The notes under the pieces: model-generated
The model's database searches: none
Told to the model about the DNA's origin: nothing
The model's input: only the letters and a program-made list of their open reading frames with translations
Made by a program: the position numbers and the translations under genes
Shown: one piece after another, positions 25,545-25,976 of the stretch
Numbering within the stretch: position 1 is the first letter of the stretch
How the letters are laid out: the number at the start of each line of letters is the position of its first letter
UHGV virus genome: UHGV-1612078
Reading direction: 5' to 3' (one strand)
Source of the DNA: a virus
Length of the DNA: 25,976 nt

Positions 25545-25976
25545 CAATTGAAAAAGAAATTGAAGGATTGATTCATAAAACTAATAAAGACCTTTTGAAC
25601 GAGAATGCTAATAAAGATTCTCGTGTTTTTCCAACTCAACGGGACCTTATGGCTGGTATTGTGTCTAAACACATTGCCAAAAATATGGTCCCGTCTTTTA
25701 TTATGAAAGCGCATGAAAGCGGAATTATTCATTTTCATGATATTGATTATTCCCCTGCTCTTCCATTTACTAATTGCTGTTTAGTAGATTTAAAAGGAAT
25801 GCTTGAGAACGGATTTAAGCTTGGTAATGCGCAGATTGAAACTCCTAAATCAATTGGCGTTGCTACTGCAATTATGGCACAAATTACCGCACAGGTTGCT
25901 TCTCACCAATACGGCGGAACGACTTTTGCTAATGTAGATAAAGTACTTTCTCCTTATGTTAAACGCACCTATGCAA
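25541..25976 (+). CDS. nrdD: anaerobic ribonucleotide reductase NrdD, N-terminal part (runs off window)
   Basis: ATGA-coupled to gene 49. MTIEKEIEGLIHKTNKDLLNENANKDSRVFPTQRDLMAGIVSKH... matches my recollection of the T4 NrdD N-terminus. No stop before the window end. Confidence 0.8.
   Translation, partial: MTIEKEIEGLIHKTNKDLLNENANKDSRVFPTQRDLMAGIVSKHIAKNMVPSFIMKAHESGIIHFHDIDYSPALPFTNCCLVDLKGMLENGFKLGNAQIETPKSIGVATAIMAQITAQVASHQYGGTTFANVDKVLSPYVKRTYA

Overview
This window reads as an early/middle-gene region of a T4-like (T-even) coliphage, with every credible gene on the + strand (opposite to the conventional T4 map). Identification rests on proteins I recognise from memory, not on any search: lysozyme e, Nudix NudE, RegB, thymidine kinase, RI, glutaredoxin NrdC, endonuclease VII (gene 49) and the N-terminus of NrdD. 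It opens with a tRNA cluster (Thr partial, Ile-CAU, Tyr, Asn, His, Arg) that differs from the canonical T4 set. Between the conserved anchors lie hypervariable accessory genes. The most interesting are a Pol-beta-type nucleotidyltransferase followed by an AAA-type ATPase, a macrodomain-like protein, a PspA-like coiled-coil protein ahead of tandem paralogous membrane proteins, a GrcA-like glycyl-radical protein with host-like codon usage, and two internal-protein-like genes with capsid-targeting sequences. There is also a GC-rich, structured 330-bp noncoding block with tRNA-like elements, a GIY-YIG homing-endonuclease gene with a disrupted start, and a local duplication near gene 49. T4-type early promoters, two late promoters upstream of e, and several rho-independent terminators are visible. 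No CRISPR array, IS element or integrase was seen. All homology and T4-synteny statements come from recalled motifs and sequences and need confirmation by search.
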